From positions 112,468,001-112,532,000 of the forward strand of contig NW_026262712.1 in NCBI RefSeq assembly GCF_021869535.1: a stretch of DNA of 64,000 bases. Reading direction: 5' to 3'. A program made the translations under genes and the position numbers. The notes beneath the pieces were generated by a model. It saw nothing but the letters and a program-made list of their open reading frames with translations. It searched no databases and was not told the DNA's origin. Below are positions 13,750-25,991 of this stretch, one piece after another. Origin of the DNA: Mytilus californianus (lineage: Eukaryota). Position 1 is the first letter of the stretch. Each line of letters opens with the position of its first letter.

Positions 13750-14130
13750 AACAAACTATCGAGAAACATGTTTGTTTGGTTTAGCTGATTATTCATACAG
13801 CAGACAGTCGTTATTGTATACCACTACTGGTCGATTTATTATTGTACTAATGTGAAGAAAAAATAATACAGAACATTCTAAAAGACAAAACTAAACAACA
13901 TCTTGTATAAATTCATTTTCTCACTTTCAGTGATGATGTCCTGTCACTCAATAACCCTCATTTCAATAAGTGCTTGTATCTTATATATCTCAGTGAACTT
14001 GATATTAGGGATACTACCAAAAGTAGAAGCTCTACTGCATATCTTTTACTCGATATTAACATAGATGGACTACTTCTAACTAGAATCTAAGACAAAAGTG
14101 ATGATCTCAATTTTCCAATTGTCAACTTCC
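13750..14130 (+). mobile_element. Degenerate Penelope-like RT fragment
   Basis: DNA homologous to the reverse complement of 19990-20340 (gatgatgtcctgtcactcaataaccc, gacaaaagtgatgatctcaattttccaattgtcaactt). Confidence 0.75.
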
Positions 14131-14699
14131 AGCTTGGCTCGGTATTTATATATCCCGCCATTGTGTTATTGTGCTTTGGTCATTTTTTGTATTCTTGTCT
14201 TTCATGTTTGCTTATGTGCTTTGTCTATGGAGTGTCTACATGCCATTTTGTTTTTCTTTGTTGACGTAGTTGTTTGTTTTATAGTGATTAAGATTATAAC
14301 ACAATATTGACTGCTGTACCCCAATTTTTGACATTTTTACCTATTATGTCTGTTTGTTTTGACTACACATTGTTGTCACAATAATGGAATGTTATGCGTC
14401 TGTCATACAAGTGAGAGGTTTAGTCAGCTTACAACCTGGTTTAAACAATTTTTTTTCTGCATAAGGAAATGCCTGCACCAAGTCTGGAATAGGACAGTTA
14501 TTTTCCATTCGTTTGATGTGTTCGAGCGTTTGATTTTTTCATTTGTTAAAGGACTTTCTGTTTTAAAACTTCCTTGGAGTTCGGAATTTTTTATTTTCCT
14601 TTTTTTCCAATTTTTTCAGCCGTTATATACCCCTTGTTCCGTCGTCGGGTGTTACATATCTCAGTTAAAATTTCACTTTTGTCCATGTTCAAACAAGAC

Positions 14700-14840
14700 G
14701 TACTCTGTTAACAGGGTTGGGCTCCAAAAACAAACACTGCTCAAGCAGTGTTATGAGAAACCTAGAACGAAGGCAATCGACGCTACACACCATCATGAAT
14801 TTGTCGACCGATACGCTGTGTAGGTGTCTCAACTCACTCA
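14700..14840 (+). mobile_element. Penelope-like RT C-terminal fragment
   Basis: Reads LLKQCYEKP..HHHEFVDRYAV, matching the thumb region of the 19718 element. Confidence 0.65.
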
Positions 14841-15187
14841 CAACTGGCAAATTCCATGATTAGGACATTTTGACTGAATAAAAATTTGCAAGAGGCCTCA
14901 TTTGATGACCTTTGAAAGGAAGCTCCAGGGGCAGTGTCTAGAAAACAAAAGAAATTCAAATATACATCTATGTACAACATGAAATAGGAATGTAAACGAT
15001 TTTTCAATAATCGAATTGGCTAGATCACTGGCTTTATTTTTACAAATGCAGAAAACCAATTTTCATGCAATATATATAATTTTTTTTTAAGTAAATGACT
15101 TATCCGGAATAGTTTTTTAATGGCAGAATATATGTGTATAGTTATCTCGTTATATAACAGAATTGCATTTCAAAAGAATTTTATCTA

Positions 15188-17673
15188 TTAAGCTGTGTAT
15201 TTGTTAGAAACTATGCTATCTGCAAATAACATTCTCAGTCTTCTCCATGTATCTTCTAAACTGTAGGGATCCTTTGGCCATTCAATAAGATATGCATAAT
15301 TCCAAATGACGGAAAAGTCCACAGGAATATCAGTAATTGCTATATCTTTTGTAATGACAATAATACGCTCCAGAGTTTTTGTAATTTTCTCGTGTTTTGC
15401 TCTATCGAGTTCAAATAAACAATCACGTAAGGATTTGAATTCAGGCGTGATGAGAAAAATAATGGATCTGCTGTTTTGGATGCTTTCTGCTGTACTATCC
15501 GCAAGACTCGATCCACTTAAGAAATCTCGCTCTTTTATGCACATGGTCAGTCCCCACTCGTCCTCAAGTTTTGGTACTAAAACATCTTTAATCCAAATGG
15601 CAATTTCCCCTTCATATGATATATACACGTCATATTGATAGCTGTTATGAACTTTACGCTCAACAACACGGCGAATAATTCCATAAGTAAAAAATATGAT
15701 CTTCCATCTCTTACTATACACCACAAGCAGCAGTGATAATGTGATAAATGTAGAAAGTAATATCGAAGCCAGGGTTAACCACATAGTACTCTTACAGTCC
15801 GCAAACAATTCGGAAATAGAGTTATAGGCAATACGTGAATCAATTATTGTTCCATTTGATAATTTACATTTATATGATTGGCTGTCCAGATCAACTTTTG
15901 TAGCCTGTATCCACCTTATCAAATCTACATTATCACAAGTGCACTCAAATGCATTACCATCAAGATACAAGGTCATTCCATGGATTTCATGCATTTTATC
16001 TGCCCAATTTCTAATGGTCGAACTAACGCTTGTAAGGAGATTGTTTCTAACATCAAGCCTCTTTATTTTTGTAAGCGTACTCAGTTGTTCTGGAATAGAT
16101 TGTAGTAAATTGTTGGTTAAATAAAGGTTTGACAAATTTTGCAGTAGTTTAAATATATCGTCCGAAAAATACCATATATTATTTTCAGATATATCAAGTG
16201 TCTCGACAGATTGAACATTTGTGAACAAGTTGTTTCCTTTTTTTGTTTATTCCATCATTTAGGGCAGCGTTTTTCAATACAATCGTTTTTATGTTGTTTT
16301 TCGGAAATAGGTGTAATTCGATCCAAGTTGATGTGTACCTGGTTCCAGCAGAAATATATGTTTCTAGCCGAAGTGTCATAAAAAACATTGCAACAGTTGT
16401 AGTTGTATATGATATATCCAAATGAGTAAGGTTATTGATTGACGGAACTATAAACAAGGGTGGGTGTAACGGGTTTACTATTGTGAAACTAATATCTAAT
16501 TTTTCTAGTGATTTTGGTAATATAGCGTAACTTCCACTAGAACTTGTAAAATTCAAATTGGAATTTAAAGAACTTTTAATGATGAAGTTAACGACATTAT
16601 AAGAATAATCCAAAGATTTCAATGGTAAAGTTTTTCCAAAAAAAGAGTTAAGTTCTTTCTGATGTTTTCTTTTAGGAATCGAAAGTCTGTTTCCTTTCAA
16701 AGAAAGATGTTGTAAACATTCTGGGTAATCAAAGGAAAATAAAGAGCCATGTGTGTAATCAACTATTCCAGATTTTCTATGCAAATTGTTTTCAGATACT
16801 TCATGTTATCGGATGTAATTGTCAACGCATATGGGAACTCATCACTATCAATGACATGGCCAAGATTGATTGTAGTTAAAGATGCATTATTGTATGGATG
16901 TAAGAGTGTAATGCACGCGTAAGATGCATAAACGTCCCAAAAACGTCTTACGAACGAAAATTAGGAAACGGACACAAAGCACCAACTTCTGTTAACACAA
17001 AGTATAACCGACAATTTCTGAGAGACAGCTCTTCTACAGACGACGAAAACGTCTAGAATATTTCATTTGATAGACGTACTAAATAACAAGAATCAAAATG
17101 CAATTCTCCAAGGTTGGTCATTTGAATGAATCCGCTTCCGAAGTTTGGCAATGGCATCATATCAATTCCTAGGAAAGTCAATTCTCTCAGAACACCGAAC
17201 GCATGATCTGGATAGTCGAATTCCTTATTATAATTCTCAGGTTGAGGCATAATACTGCTGATATCCAATTTTATTAAGTTTTGAATTGGAAAAAAAAGTT
17301 GTGTTGAATATGCATAAGAAAAATCAATCGAATTGTGAGACATATCGAGCACGGCCAGATTGTGTAATCCCTGAAATGATTTATTCGATATATCCTCAAG
17401 TTTATTTTAGCCAAAATAAAGTTCTTGTAGATATTGATAAGTAATCAACGAACCGTTTTCAATACTTATTAACTGATTTGAAGATATATCTATAACATTT
17501 ATTTCCCTGGGTAAATTTTGAGGAACAAACTGCAGTCCTCTGTTTTTACAATCGGCTATTTTAACTCCGAATTTTCAATTAAATACATATTTGATATCAC
17601 AATCTGATGATCGAGAGATTTCATCACATAGAATTACAATACAAATTACTGCATAAATTATAACCCATACCAT
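15188..17673 (-). pseudogene. TLR: Toll-like receptor B, multiple lesions
   Basis: ATG at 17673 (MVWVIIYAVICIVILCDE), premature TGA at 17577-17575 (GGA in D and E), and several frameshifts/small deletions. Fragment ORFs 17053..17352 and 16194..16784, plus an intact LRR-CT/TM/TIR ORF 15188..16228. Confidence 0.9.
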
Positions 17674-18477
17674 TTTAACAAGGATCTCAAAGACTTAATA
17701 TTACAGCAGTCCTATAGTACAAATGGCTCTTCTTGTTCCGAACACATTAACCAGGCGACAGAGGTCAAATAATGAATATTAATTTTATCAAATTACTTTT
17801 TTAATTTCTGACGAAACGATAAGAATCTCACTATATTAAAAATAAACTATTGACGTTCCGTATCTTAAAATGTATATAATACTCACATTACTATTCATCT
17901 TTTTGACTTGAGATGCTAAGCCTCAATGCTCACTACTTTAACTTTGTTCGATTTCTTAACTGAAAAACCGGTTATTAATGGCAACCATTGTTTATCGATT
18001 ATCAAATATCATAAAACATATAGAAGCTAAGTTTCTAAATAACACAACAAAAACTGGAGGAATTGCATAAAATCGGGAAGTATGAGAATATCAATACTGG
18101 GGGCGTCGACAGGGTTAACCGCTCCTGCTATATATACATGCCCTACGTATTTGTGAATGAATATTCTCCATTCCCTTCATTAATTAGTTTTTTTATGTTT
18201 TCATCACAAATCAGGTTCTCTCCTGTCAATACGCTTTATATTTCAGATTGTTTTCGACTTGTGAATTTGAATGTTCCTTTGATATTTCTGGCTTTTTTTT
18301 ATTCAATTGTTTATTTATATGTAAACATTAGTTTGCTATTGTATTCAATATAATGTTATAATATATTTTTTCGATTTGAACTATTTTATATGAAAAAAGT
18401 ATATATCAACTGTGTCTTTACATTAGAAAATAACTGAAAACATTTAATAATGATATGTTTTTCATCAACACAAAATT

Positions 18478-18820
18478 ACCAAAACCCATGAATTCTTCTA
18501 CAGCAGGGTTTGCTATGAAACATTATATTATTTACAGTACAAAACCAGTCAAATATAAAGGTCTAAGCTATGTGTCATGATAACTAGTGAAGACAAGGGT
18601 TGTATTAAATTGGCATTTAAGATAATAAGTTCAATAAAATAGACAACATAACGGCGTATATACATAAAACGCAAAGACAAACATCAATAACAAACCACCT
18701 CATTCAAGACAGAAATTTGATGAGTAAACCATCACCGCCAATACCATTCCAGCAGGGTCTACTATGAAACATAACATTTACAAAACAAAACAAAATATAT
18801 AAAAGTCTAAGCTATGTGTC
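18478..18820. repeat. Diverged direct repeat of ~75-90 bp
   Basis: cagcagggt..ctatgaaacat..aaagtctaagctatgtgtca occurs at ~18503-18577 and ~18750-18820. Confidence 0.7.
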
Positions 18821-19717
18821 AATACAACAAGTAAACTGAAATTGAGGATACCAAGGGGACAAGACAGATAAAGGCAACAGTAGTATGTCGCTGTTCAAAA
18901 GTCATAAATCGTTTGAGAGAAAACAAATCCGGGTTACAAACTAAAACCGAGGAAAACACATGAACTATAAGAGGAAAACAAAGTGCAACAAAAACAAACG
19001 CCAACATACATAGAAATGAAATATTTGATAACAACTGCCATATTCCTGACTTGGTACAGGACATTTTAAGACAAAATGGTGGGTTGAACCCGGTTTTATG
19101 GCTATTTAAACCTCCAAACAAATATCGCTAAAATGACAACACTACGTGACAGAAATACAGCACAAACAAACGCATGAACACTCATCACAGAGAAACGCAC
19201 AAATAAATAATATAATAGTCATGTAAACCGCAGAATAACAACGAACATCTTCCATTAACGACAGACAGCACAGGGCATCACAATCATTGACGTATTTTTT
19301 TAACAAATATATAATCTTGAAATTCATACAATTTTTTTCACAATACTAGTCCAAACAATTATCATAATAATGACGGTATTGGAAGGATATTTTAAATAAA
19401 TGCTGTGATGACGTCATAATTATTTGGACTAACACAATACTTTATCCATAAAAAATGGAAATTAATTCGACTATACTGACAAATAAGACATCTGTAAAAT
19501 GTACAGAAAGTATAGAATTCTAACCACAAACGATAAGACATAGCACATTATTAAACCGAAATCACAACAAAAACATCATTAATAAATACATGAATGTTGG
19601 ATGCATAAAATACCGAGACACGTCGTATAGCAGTTTAAATTCAAACTCGGCAAAACATTCGGGAATAGTTAAAGTTCGGTACTTAGCAGACAGACGAAAT
19701 AGATGTTAAACCACAAT

Positions 19718-20370
19718 CTAAGACGTGGTAAAAATGTCATTAGTTAGTTTAGACACAGACATATCATATAGATCAACCAATTCGTGATGGTGTCCATAAA
19801 ATTTACGGAGTGTCATTTTTAATTTTTCCTCCTCATAACTCTGTTGGAGCAGTTTCTGCGTAAGGAATACACTCCTGTATATAAAGTCCGTATAGTGTGA
19901 ACATGCACGAGTATAACGTATGAATTGAGATATGTAAACACCATACGACGGAGCAGAGGGTATGTTACTGCTGAGAAATGGTAAATTGATAATTGGGAAG
20001 TTATAAATCATCCCGTTTGTCATAGATTTTAGTGTAAAGTCGACCATCTGTGTCAATATTAAGGAAAAGATCAAGGTATGAAGCAGTCCTTCTTGTATCA
20101 GTAGTATCCATAATTTCAAGTTCACTGGGATATATGAGATGCAAGAACTGACTGAAATATGGGTTATTTAGTGATAGGACATCATCAATATATCTGAAAG
20201 TAAAATTAAAGAATTTTGCAAGGTGCTTTTTCTTTTTGTCTTTTAGAAGGTTCTGAATGAACTCTGCTTCATACGAGTACAAAAACAAGTCGGCCAGAAG
20301 GGGTGCACAATTAGTACCCATTGGAATATCGACTGTCTCTTGAAATATCAATCCTCCAAACTCAGAAACA
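19718..20370 (-). mobile_element. Penelope-like element RT/thumb fragment
   Basis: IPMGTNCAPLLADLFLYSYE, FRYIDDVL, SYLDL, YDKRDD, YGVYISQFIRY and LRKFYGHHHELV across two frameshifted ORFs. Confidence 0.85.
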
Positions 20371-22294
20371 GACAACAACATGGCCAAGAAACTAAATGAC
20401 GACAAATCGAACAAAAATAGCACAACTCAACCGATCCAACTGAAAAAGGGTGATTTATCTTTCTAGCTTCTGGAATGATGGTCAGAACTGAACTTCCTTT
20501 TTAACAAGAAATTTCGGCAGCAGGATCTTGTAAATGATCGTGAGAACAAATAAAAAGAATTTGACTTGAAATCAAAAGTTGCATACCAAGACTTTCAACA
20601 GTACGACTTACACCATGATCTGCAATGTACCTTACATGACTTCAAATACTAAGTTTCTCCTACAATCTAAATTGCGCAATCAGAAACACATAACTCTTTA
20701 AAAAAAAACGGGCTTCGTAGTAACTATTGAGTATGACAGTAAGTCGGACTTTTCTCTATGTCGACGATTTATATCTCCTGATCACAATAAGCTCGATCTG
20801 AATAGACTGTTTATTACAACTGCTGTCTTCACCAAGTATTTTTTTATCCCGTACTGGAATCTCTCGGGAAAAGATTTTGTATTAAGAAGTTAAAAACAAC
20901 AGATTCAGTTGATGTGCTAAAGAAAATGAATTTAAATATTAAGTGCATGCTCTAAATGCTTCAATGGTGTGACTGTTTCTGACGACATTTCATTAGAATC
21001 TGGTACTGTTGTTGTCTATTATCGTAAATATTTTCTATTGATTTATTCTGTGAGGTAATTAAAACGTTCTTCTCTTTATCATTCGATATTAAAAAGGAAA
21101 ATCAAAAATAATTCAAAAAAAAAAACGACAACACCATGGCAAAATAAACCTTTGCCAAGACCTTTTTGCGCAAACTCATCTTTTTGTAATGCAATAGAAA
21201 TAGAATCGGAATAACAGTACTTTAGTTAAAGAGTTGCTACCGGTATCTGGGATATGACGTCTTCACCTACAGTATTATTTTTCTTTAAATCCATGGCTTA
21301 GTTCTTCGGCATTTTTGAGCATGTTGTATCGCTGATCATGTTTGATTTGTACTGTTTCTACCTTTCTATTGTAGTTTCTTCAAAAAGCGTGTAAAATTAT
21401 TCTTTCAAGTGCAATAACTCCTATTAGGTGTCAAATGACGAGATTTCGGCTATGTTGCTAAATATGTAGATTTTATTTAACTAAATATTTTGGCTGTTAC
21501 AATTTCTGTCAGTCTAATATCGTTCTGCCAAAATACCTGTTTTATATTATCTCTATCGATTACAGTTTCTGCAAAGATCTCAATAAAAAATTAACAAAAT
21601 TACATTTCAAGGATAATAACTCATTTATGAGGGCAATATTCCAACCTTTTTGTAGATCTTATTTTGTTGAGCATTTCTGTTGTTTATGGTTTCTCTCCAT
21701 ATATAAAAGTTTCTGAAGAAAAAAAAAGCTGCTAAAATCGTCTTTCAGAGCCAATAACTCCTATAAAAAGAAGCAGAAGATACTAAATTGACATTCAATC
21801 TCAAAACGCGAAGACACACTGACAACGCCGTTGCAAACAAGGAAAAAGGAAGAAAAGACAAAAAACAGTAAACAAGACACATCATAGAACCTAGAGATTA
21901 AGCAATCCGAACCTAACAAAAAAACGAATGGAATTTCAGGTGCTCCAGAAGGGGAAGCAGATCTTGCACCACATGTGGCACCCATCGTTTTGCAGATTCA
22001 AGTTCAAATTCGGAGAACATTCTAATTCGGAGACGTATCAGAGCAACGGGAACGGTATTGATGTAACGGCAGTTGGAATATATCGGTCATAATCAGTGTC
22101 AACCAACTCATGACATTCATAATTTTTTTTCTGATGGATGACTGTTTAAAACTTTGAATATTTGAAATATTTAGGCTTTTCTACCTCAGGAATAGATTAC
22201 CTTAGCTGTATTTGGCAAAACTTTTAGGAATTTTTGGTCCTCAATGCTCTTCAACTTCGTACTTTATTTGGCCTTTTTACCTTTTTTGATTCGA

Positions 22295-22338
22295 GCGTCA
22301 CTGATGAGTCTTTTGTAGACGAAACGCTCGTCTGGCGC
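22295..22338 (+). ncRNA. Minimal type I hammerhead ribozyme motif in a retrozyme/PLE-associated repeat (~22160-22380)
   Basis: GCGTCA-CTGATGA-GTC(TTTTGTA)GAC-GAAA-CGCTCG-TC-TGGCGC: stem I GCGTCA/TGGCGC, core CUGAUGA and GAAA, stem II GTC/GAC, very short stem III, GUC cleavage triplet ending at 22332. Confidence 0.8.
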
Positions 22339-22399
22339 AAATACAAAATTTCAATCCTGGTATCTATGATGAGTTTATTCACTTTCACACTCTGAATCT

Positions 22400-22900
22400 G
22401 TTTTCAAAGCAGGAACACTTTTTCAAGAACATAATGATAGGAAACGCAGAAACTTGAATATCGTATCAACCGGGGTATATGTACTCCATATGTAGGATCT
22501 GTGGAAATGATGCTGCATATGAATGAAAAGTTCGTAATTGGGAACCTGTAATCATGTGTTTTGTTTAAAAAAAAAATTCTCATCAGACTCTTATTGTCAA
22601 TTTCTAGATATATGTCGTCAAGAAGATATAAGGAAGACTTAACCGACCTGTGGTCTCCTTTATGCCATGTTCTATGGGGTATATATTCGTCAACACACAT
22701 TGAATAACTTAGTGAAAAGACATCGTCTATATAGCTTATCGTAAAGTTTAAAGATAATGCTAGTTTCTTTTGCAGTCTTCCTCAGAAAACCAGGTAGTAC
22801 CCCTGCCTCATATGAATTAAGAAACAAGTCGGCCAGTAGAGGCACACAGTTGATGCCTACTAGTATGTTGTTTATTAGAAAAACAACTCTTTAAAATGTA
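22400..22900 (-). mobile_element. Degenerate Penelope-like RT fragment
   Basis: Reads FPITNFSFICSIISTDPTYGVHIPRLIRYS; upstream DNA matches the GIPMGTNCAPLLADLFL region (tagtaggcatcaactgtgtgcctctactggccgacttgtttc). Confidence 0.7.
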
Positions 22901-23460
22901 TTCATAAAATGTCAATTAAGAAATCAAACATATAGATAATGTCAGTTTCAGATCATATTATGCATAAGGACGATTTTCGAAATGTTGGCTCTTTGTAGAA
23001 CTAATTTTACAGAACAAATTTGTTTGGAGCAACATCCTTGCTTGGTGATGGATCAAATCTTCTGATACAATTTTCGGACTTTATTCTATAAGCACTACTA
23101 GGTAAAGCTTTGAACATTAAGCCCATAGTTCAGTGATTTCATCAAACGTTTACATCGACGAAGGGACGGACTGGCATCCGACCACTAAATAAGAGCTAAA
23201 AAGACCCAATCGATTAGAAATGCTGCGAGATCATGTTTTGTCTTACACTGAGATTACTGATTGAAATTGAGTTCTTTCCAAATAAGGGAACATTTGTATA
23301 GAAAGCACATACAATCGGCGAGAAAAGTTCTAAAGTTTGTCATAAATCATAAAATCTCCAATTTCTATTTTATAGAATTTTTAAATATTATATGTAGTTG
23401 ATATAAAATGTCCGTTTAAATGATACAAAATAAATATATGGATAACGACTGTTGAAGTCT

Positions 23461-25983
23461 CTATAGAGTTACTTGTTTGTTAGCAACTGACCCTACTGTG
23501 AATAACATTCTCAATCGTCTCCAAGTATCATCTAAATCTCCTTGATCATTCGGCCATTGTACAAGATATGCATAATTCCAAATGTACGAAAACTCGTAGG
23601 GAATGTCGGTAATTTTAATATTTTTTGTTATAACAATAATTTTGTCCAGATTTCTCGTTACTCTCTCATATTTAGCTCTGTGGAGTTCAAACAAGCAATC
23701 ATTTGACGTTTTGAACTCAGGTGTGATGAGGAAAATAATGTACCTACTCTTTTCGATACATTCGGCCTCAGTATCCAGAAGACTCTCACCACCTAAAAAA
23801 TCTCGATCTCTTATACACATGGTCAGTCCCCATTCGGCCTCAAGTCTTGGTACTAAGACATGTTTTATCCATATGACAATCTCTCCCTCATAAGACATAT
23901 ACACGTCGTACTGATAACTCTTCCGAACTTTTTGTTCAATAAAACTCTGAATTATTCCATAGACAGAGAAGGCAATCTTCCATCTCTTACTATACAACAC
24001 AAGCAGTAAAGAGATTGTACCAGATGTAGCTAACAACGTTGATGCAAAGGTTAACCACATAGTACTCTTACAATCCGCAAACAAGTGCGAGAACGAGTTG
24101 TAGGCAGTAAGTGTATCAGTAACGGTTCCATTCGATAATTTACATTTATAAGATTGACTGTCCAGATCAACTTTTGTAGTTTTTATCCATCGTATCAAGT
24201 CTAAACTATCGCAGTTGCACATAAATGCATTGCCATCGAGATGCAAAGTCATTCCATGCCGTTCTTGCATCTTATCTGCCCAATTTCTAATGGCTGAACT
24301 TACAGTTGTTAGGAGATTGTTTCTCACATCAAGCACCTTTATTTTAGTATGACCAATCAACTGTTCTGGAATAGCCTGAAGTAAATTTTTTCCTAAATAC
24401 AAACATGACAAATTTGGCATTGGTTTTAAAAACTCGTTTGGAAAATACCAAATATTATTTCTAGATATATCCAACGACTCAACAGATGTTAATACATCGA
24501 ACAACCGGTTTCCTTGTTCTTCTATTCCTTCATTAAGGTAAGCTTCTTTCCATACAACTGTTTTCAAATTGTGTTCAGGAAAACGTTTTATTTCTCTCCA
24601 GGCAGTTTCGTAGAGTCCAGTAGATATAAATGTTTCTATTCGAATTTGAAGAAAAAATAACGGCATATTGGTCCTTGCATAAGATACATCCAAATATTTG
24701 AGGTTGTTGTTTTCAGGAACTATAATCCATACTTCAGGGTAAGTGGTTAGTATTGTGTTACTCATATCGAATTTTTCTAGTGATTTTGGAAGTGTCACAT
24801 AACTACCATGATAACTATCTATCTCTAAATTGGAAATCACAGAGTTGTTCATGATATAGTTGACAGCATTATATGAATAGTCTATCGATTTTAGTAGAAC
24901 AGCTTTTCCACAAAAAGAATTAAAATCGCTAATCGTTCTTTTAGTAACAATAACAAACCGGTTTCTTTTAAAAGAAAGAGTTTGTAAACATTCAGGGCGA
25001 TCAAAGGTGAATAAAGATCCAGATTCGTAATCAACTATGCCATTATTTGATAAATCTAAATTTTCAACGCAAATTGTTTTCAGATATTTCATCATATCGG
25101 GTGTAATTGTTATAACAAAAGGTAGTTCACTGCTATCAATACTAGCGTCACTAACATGACCAAAATTAATTGTAGTTAGATTTGAATAACTGTACGGGTG
25201 TAATAAATGCAGTGCTCGTCTTAGATGCATAAATGTTCCGTGAAAATCTATTACACGGAGATGTGGAAACGGAAGCAAAACATCATCTTCCGTCCTTACG
25301 GCTTTTAAGCGACAATTTGTTAGACTAAGCTCCTGTACAAAATATGGAAACGCTTGAAATGTTGTATTAGACAAGCTTACTAAATAGCATGATTGAAAGT
25401 GTAATTCTCGAAGGTTAGTAATATGACTGAATCCCCTTCCAAAACGTGGCACAGGCATCATATCAATTCCTAAGAAGGACAACTCGCTCAGAACACCAAA
25501 TACGTCGTCGGGGTAAATAAAATCCTTATCAAAATCTATTGGTTGGGGCATATTACTTCTGATATCCAATTTTGTTAAGTTTTTAATTGGAAGAAATATT
25601 TCCGCTGAATATACTTTTGATAAATCAAGCATATTGTGAGACATGTCCAGCGCAACAAGGTTGGATAATCCTTTAAATGACTCATTAGATAAATCTTCAA
25701 GTTGGTTTTTTCCCAAAACCAGTTCTTGTAAGTACTCATAATTAACGAAAGAATCGTTGTTGATAGCTGTTAATTTGTTCGAACTAAGATCTAGAACATT
25801 GATATCTCCCGGTAAATTCTGAGGTATAAAATTCAGTCCTCTGTTTTTACAATCGGCTAATTTAACTTCCTTGGTTTTTTTAATAACATATTTGATATCA
25901 CAGTCTGATAAATGCAAGATTTTTTTACACTCAATAATCTTAACAATGTAAAAGATAACTAAATAAATCGAAATCCTCGTCAT
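23461..25983 (-). CDS. TLR: Toll-like receptor C, intact, 840 aa, single-cysteine-cluster type
   Basis: Uninterrupted ORF (track 23461..26088). The likely start is the ATG at 25983 (MTRISIYLVIFYIVKIIEC, signal-peptide-like), colinear with paralog F. It has LRR motifs (LxxLDLSxN), LRR-CT GNAFMCNCD..WI..C, TM MWLTFASTLLATSGTISLLLVLY, and TIR YDVYMSY..RDFL..FEL. Confidence 0.95.
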   Translation of the reverse strand: MTRISIYLVIFYIVKIIECKKILHLSDCDIKYVIKKTKEVKLADCKNRGLNFIPQNLPGDINVLDLSSNKLTAINNDSFVNYEYLQELVLGKNQLEDLSNESFKGLSNLVALDMSHNMLDLSKVYSAEIFLPIKNLTKLDIRSNMPQPIDFDKDFIYPDDVFGVLSELSFLGIDMMPVPRFGRGFSHITNLRELHFQSCYLVSLSNTTFQAFPYFVQELSLTNCRLKAVRTEDDVLLPFPHLRVIDFHGTFMHLRRALHLLHPYSYSNLTTINFGHVSDASIDSSELPFVITITPDMMKYLKTICVENLDLSNNGIVDYESGSLFTFDRPECLQTLSFKRNRFVIVTKRTISDFNSFCGKAVLLKSIDYSYNAVNYIMNNSVISNLEIDSYHGSYVTLPKSLEKFDMSNTILTTYPEVWIIVPENNNLKYLDVSYARTNMPLFFLQIRIETFISTGLYETAWREIKRFPEHNLKTVVWKEAYLNEGIEEQGNRLFDVLTSVESLDISRNNIWYFPNEFLKPMPNLSCLYLGKNLLQAIPEQLIGHTKIKVLDVRNNLLTTVSSAIRNWADKMQERHGMTLHLDGNAFMCNCDSLDLIRWIKTTKVDLDSQSYKCKLSNGTVTDTLTAYNSFSHLFADCKSTMWLTFASTLLATSGTISLLLVLYSKRWKIAFSVYGIIQSFIEQKVRKSYQYDVYMSYEGEIVIWIKHVLVPRLEAEWGLTMCIRDRDFLGGESLLDTEAECIEKSRYIIFLITPEFKTSNDCLFELHRAKYERVTRNLDKIIVITKNIKITDIPYEFSYIWNYAYLVQWPNDQGDLDDTWRRLRMLFTVGSVANKQVTL

Positions 25984-25991
25984 ATTGTGAC

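Noticed and set aside
15306-15638. Plus-strand ORFs opposite the TIR domains (also 23603, 42670, 50130, 57977)
   Set aside because: Antisense shadows of the conserved TLR TIR/TM coding sequence; no independent coding evidence.
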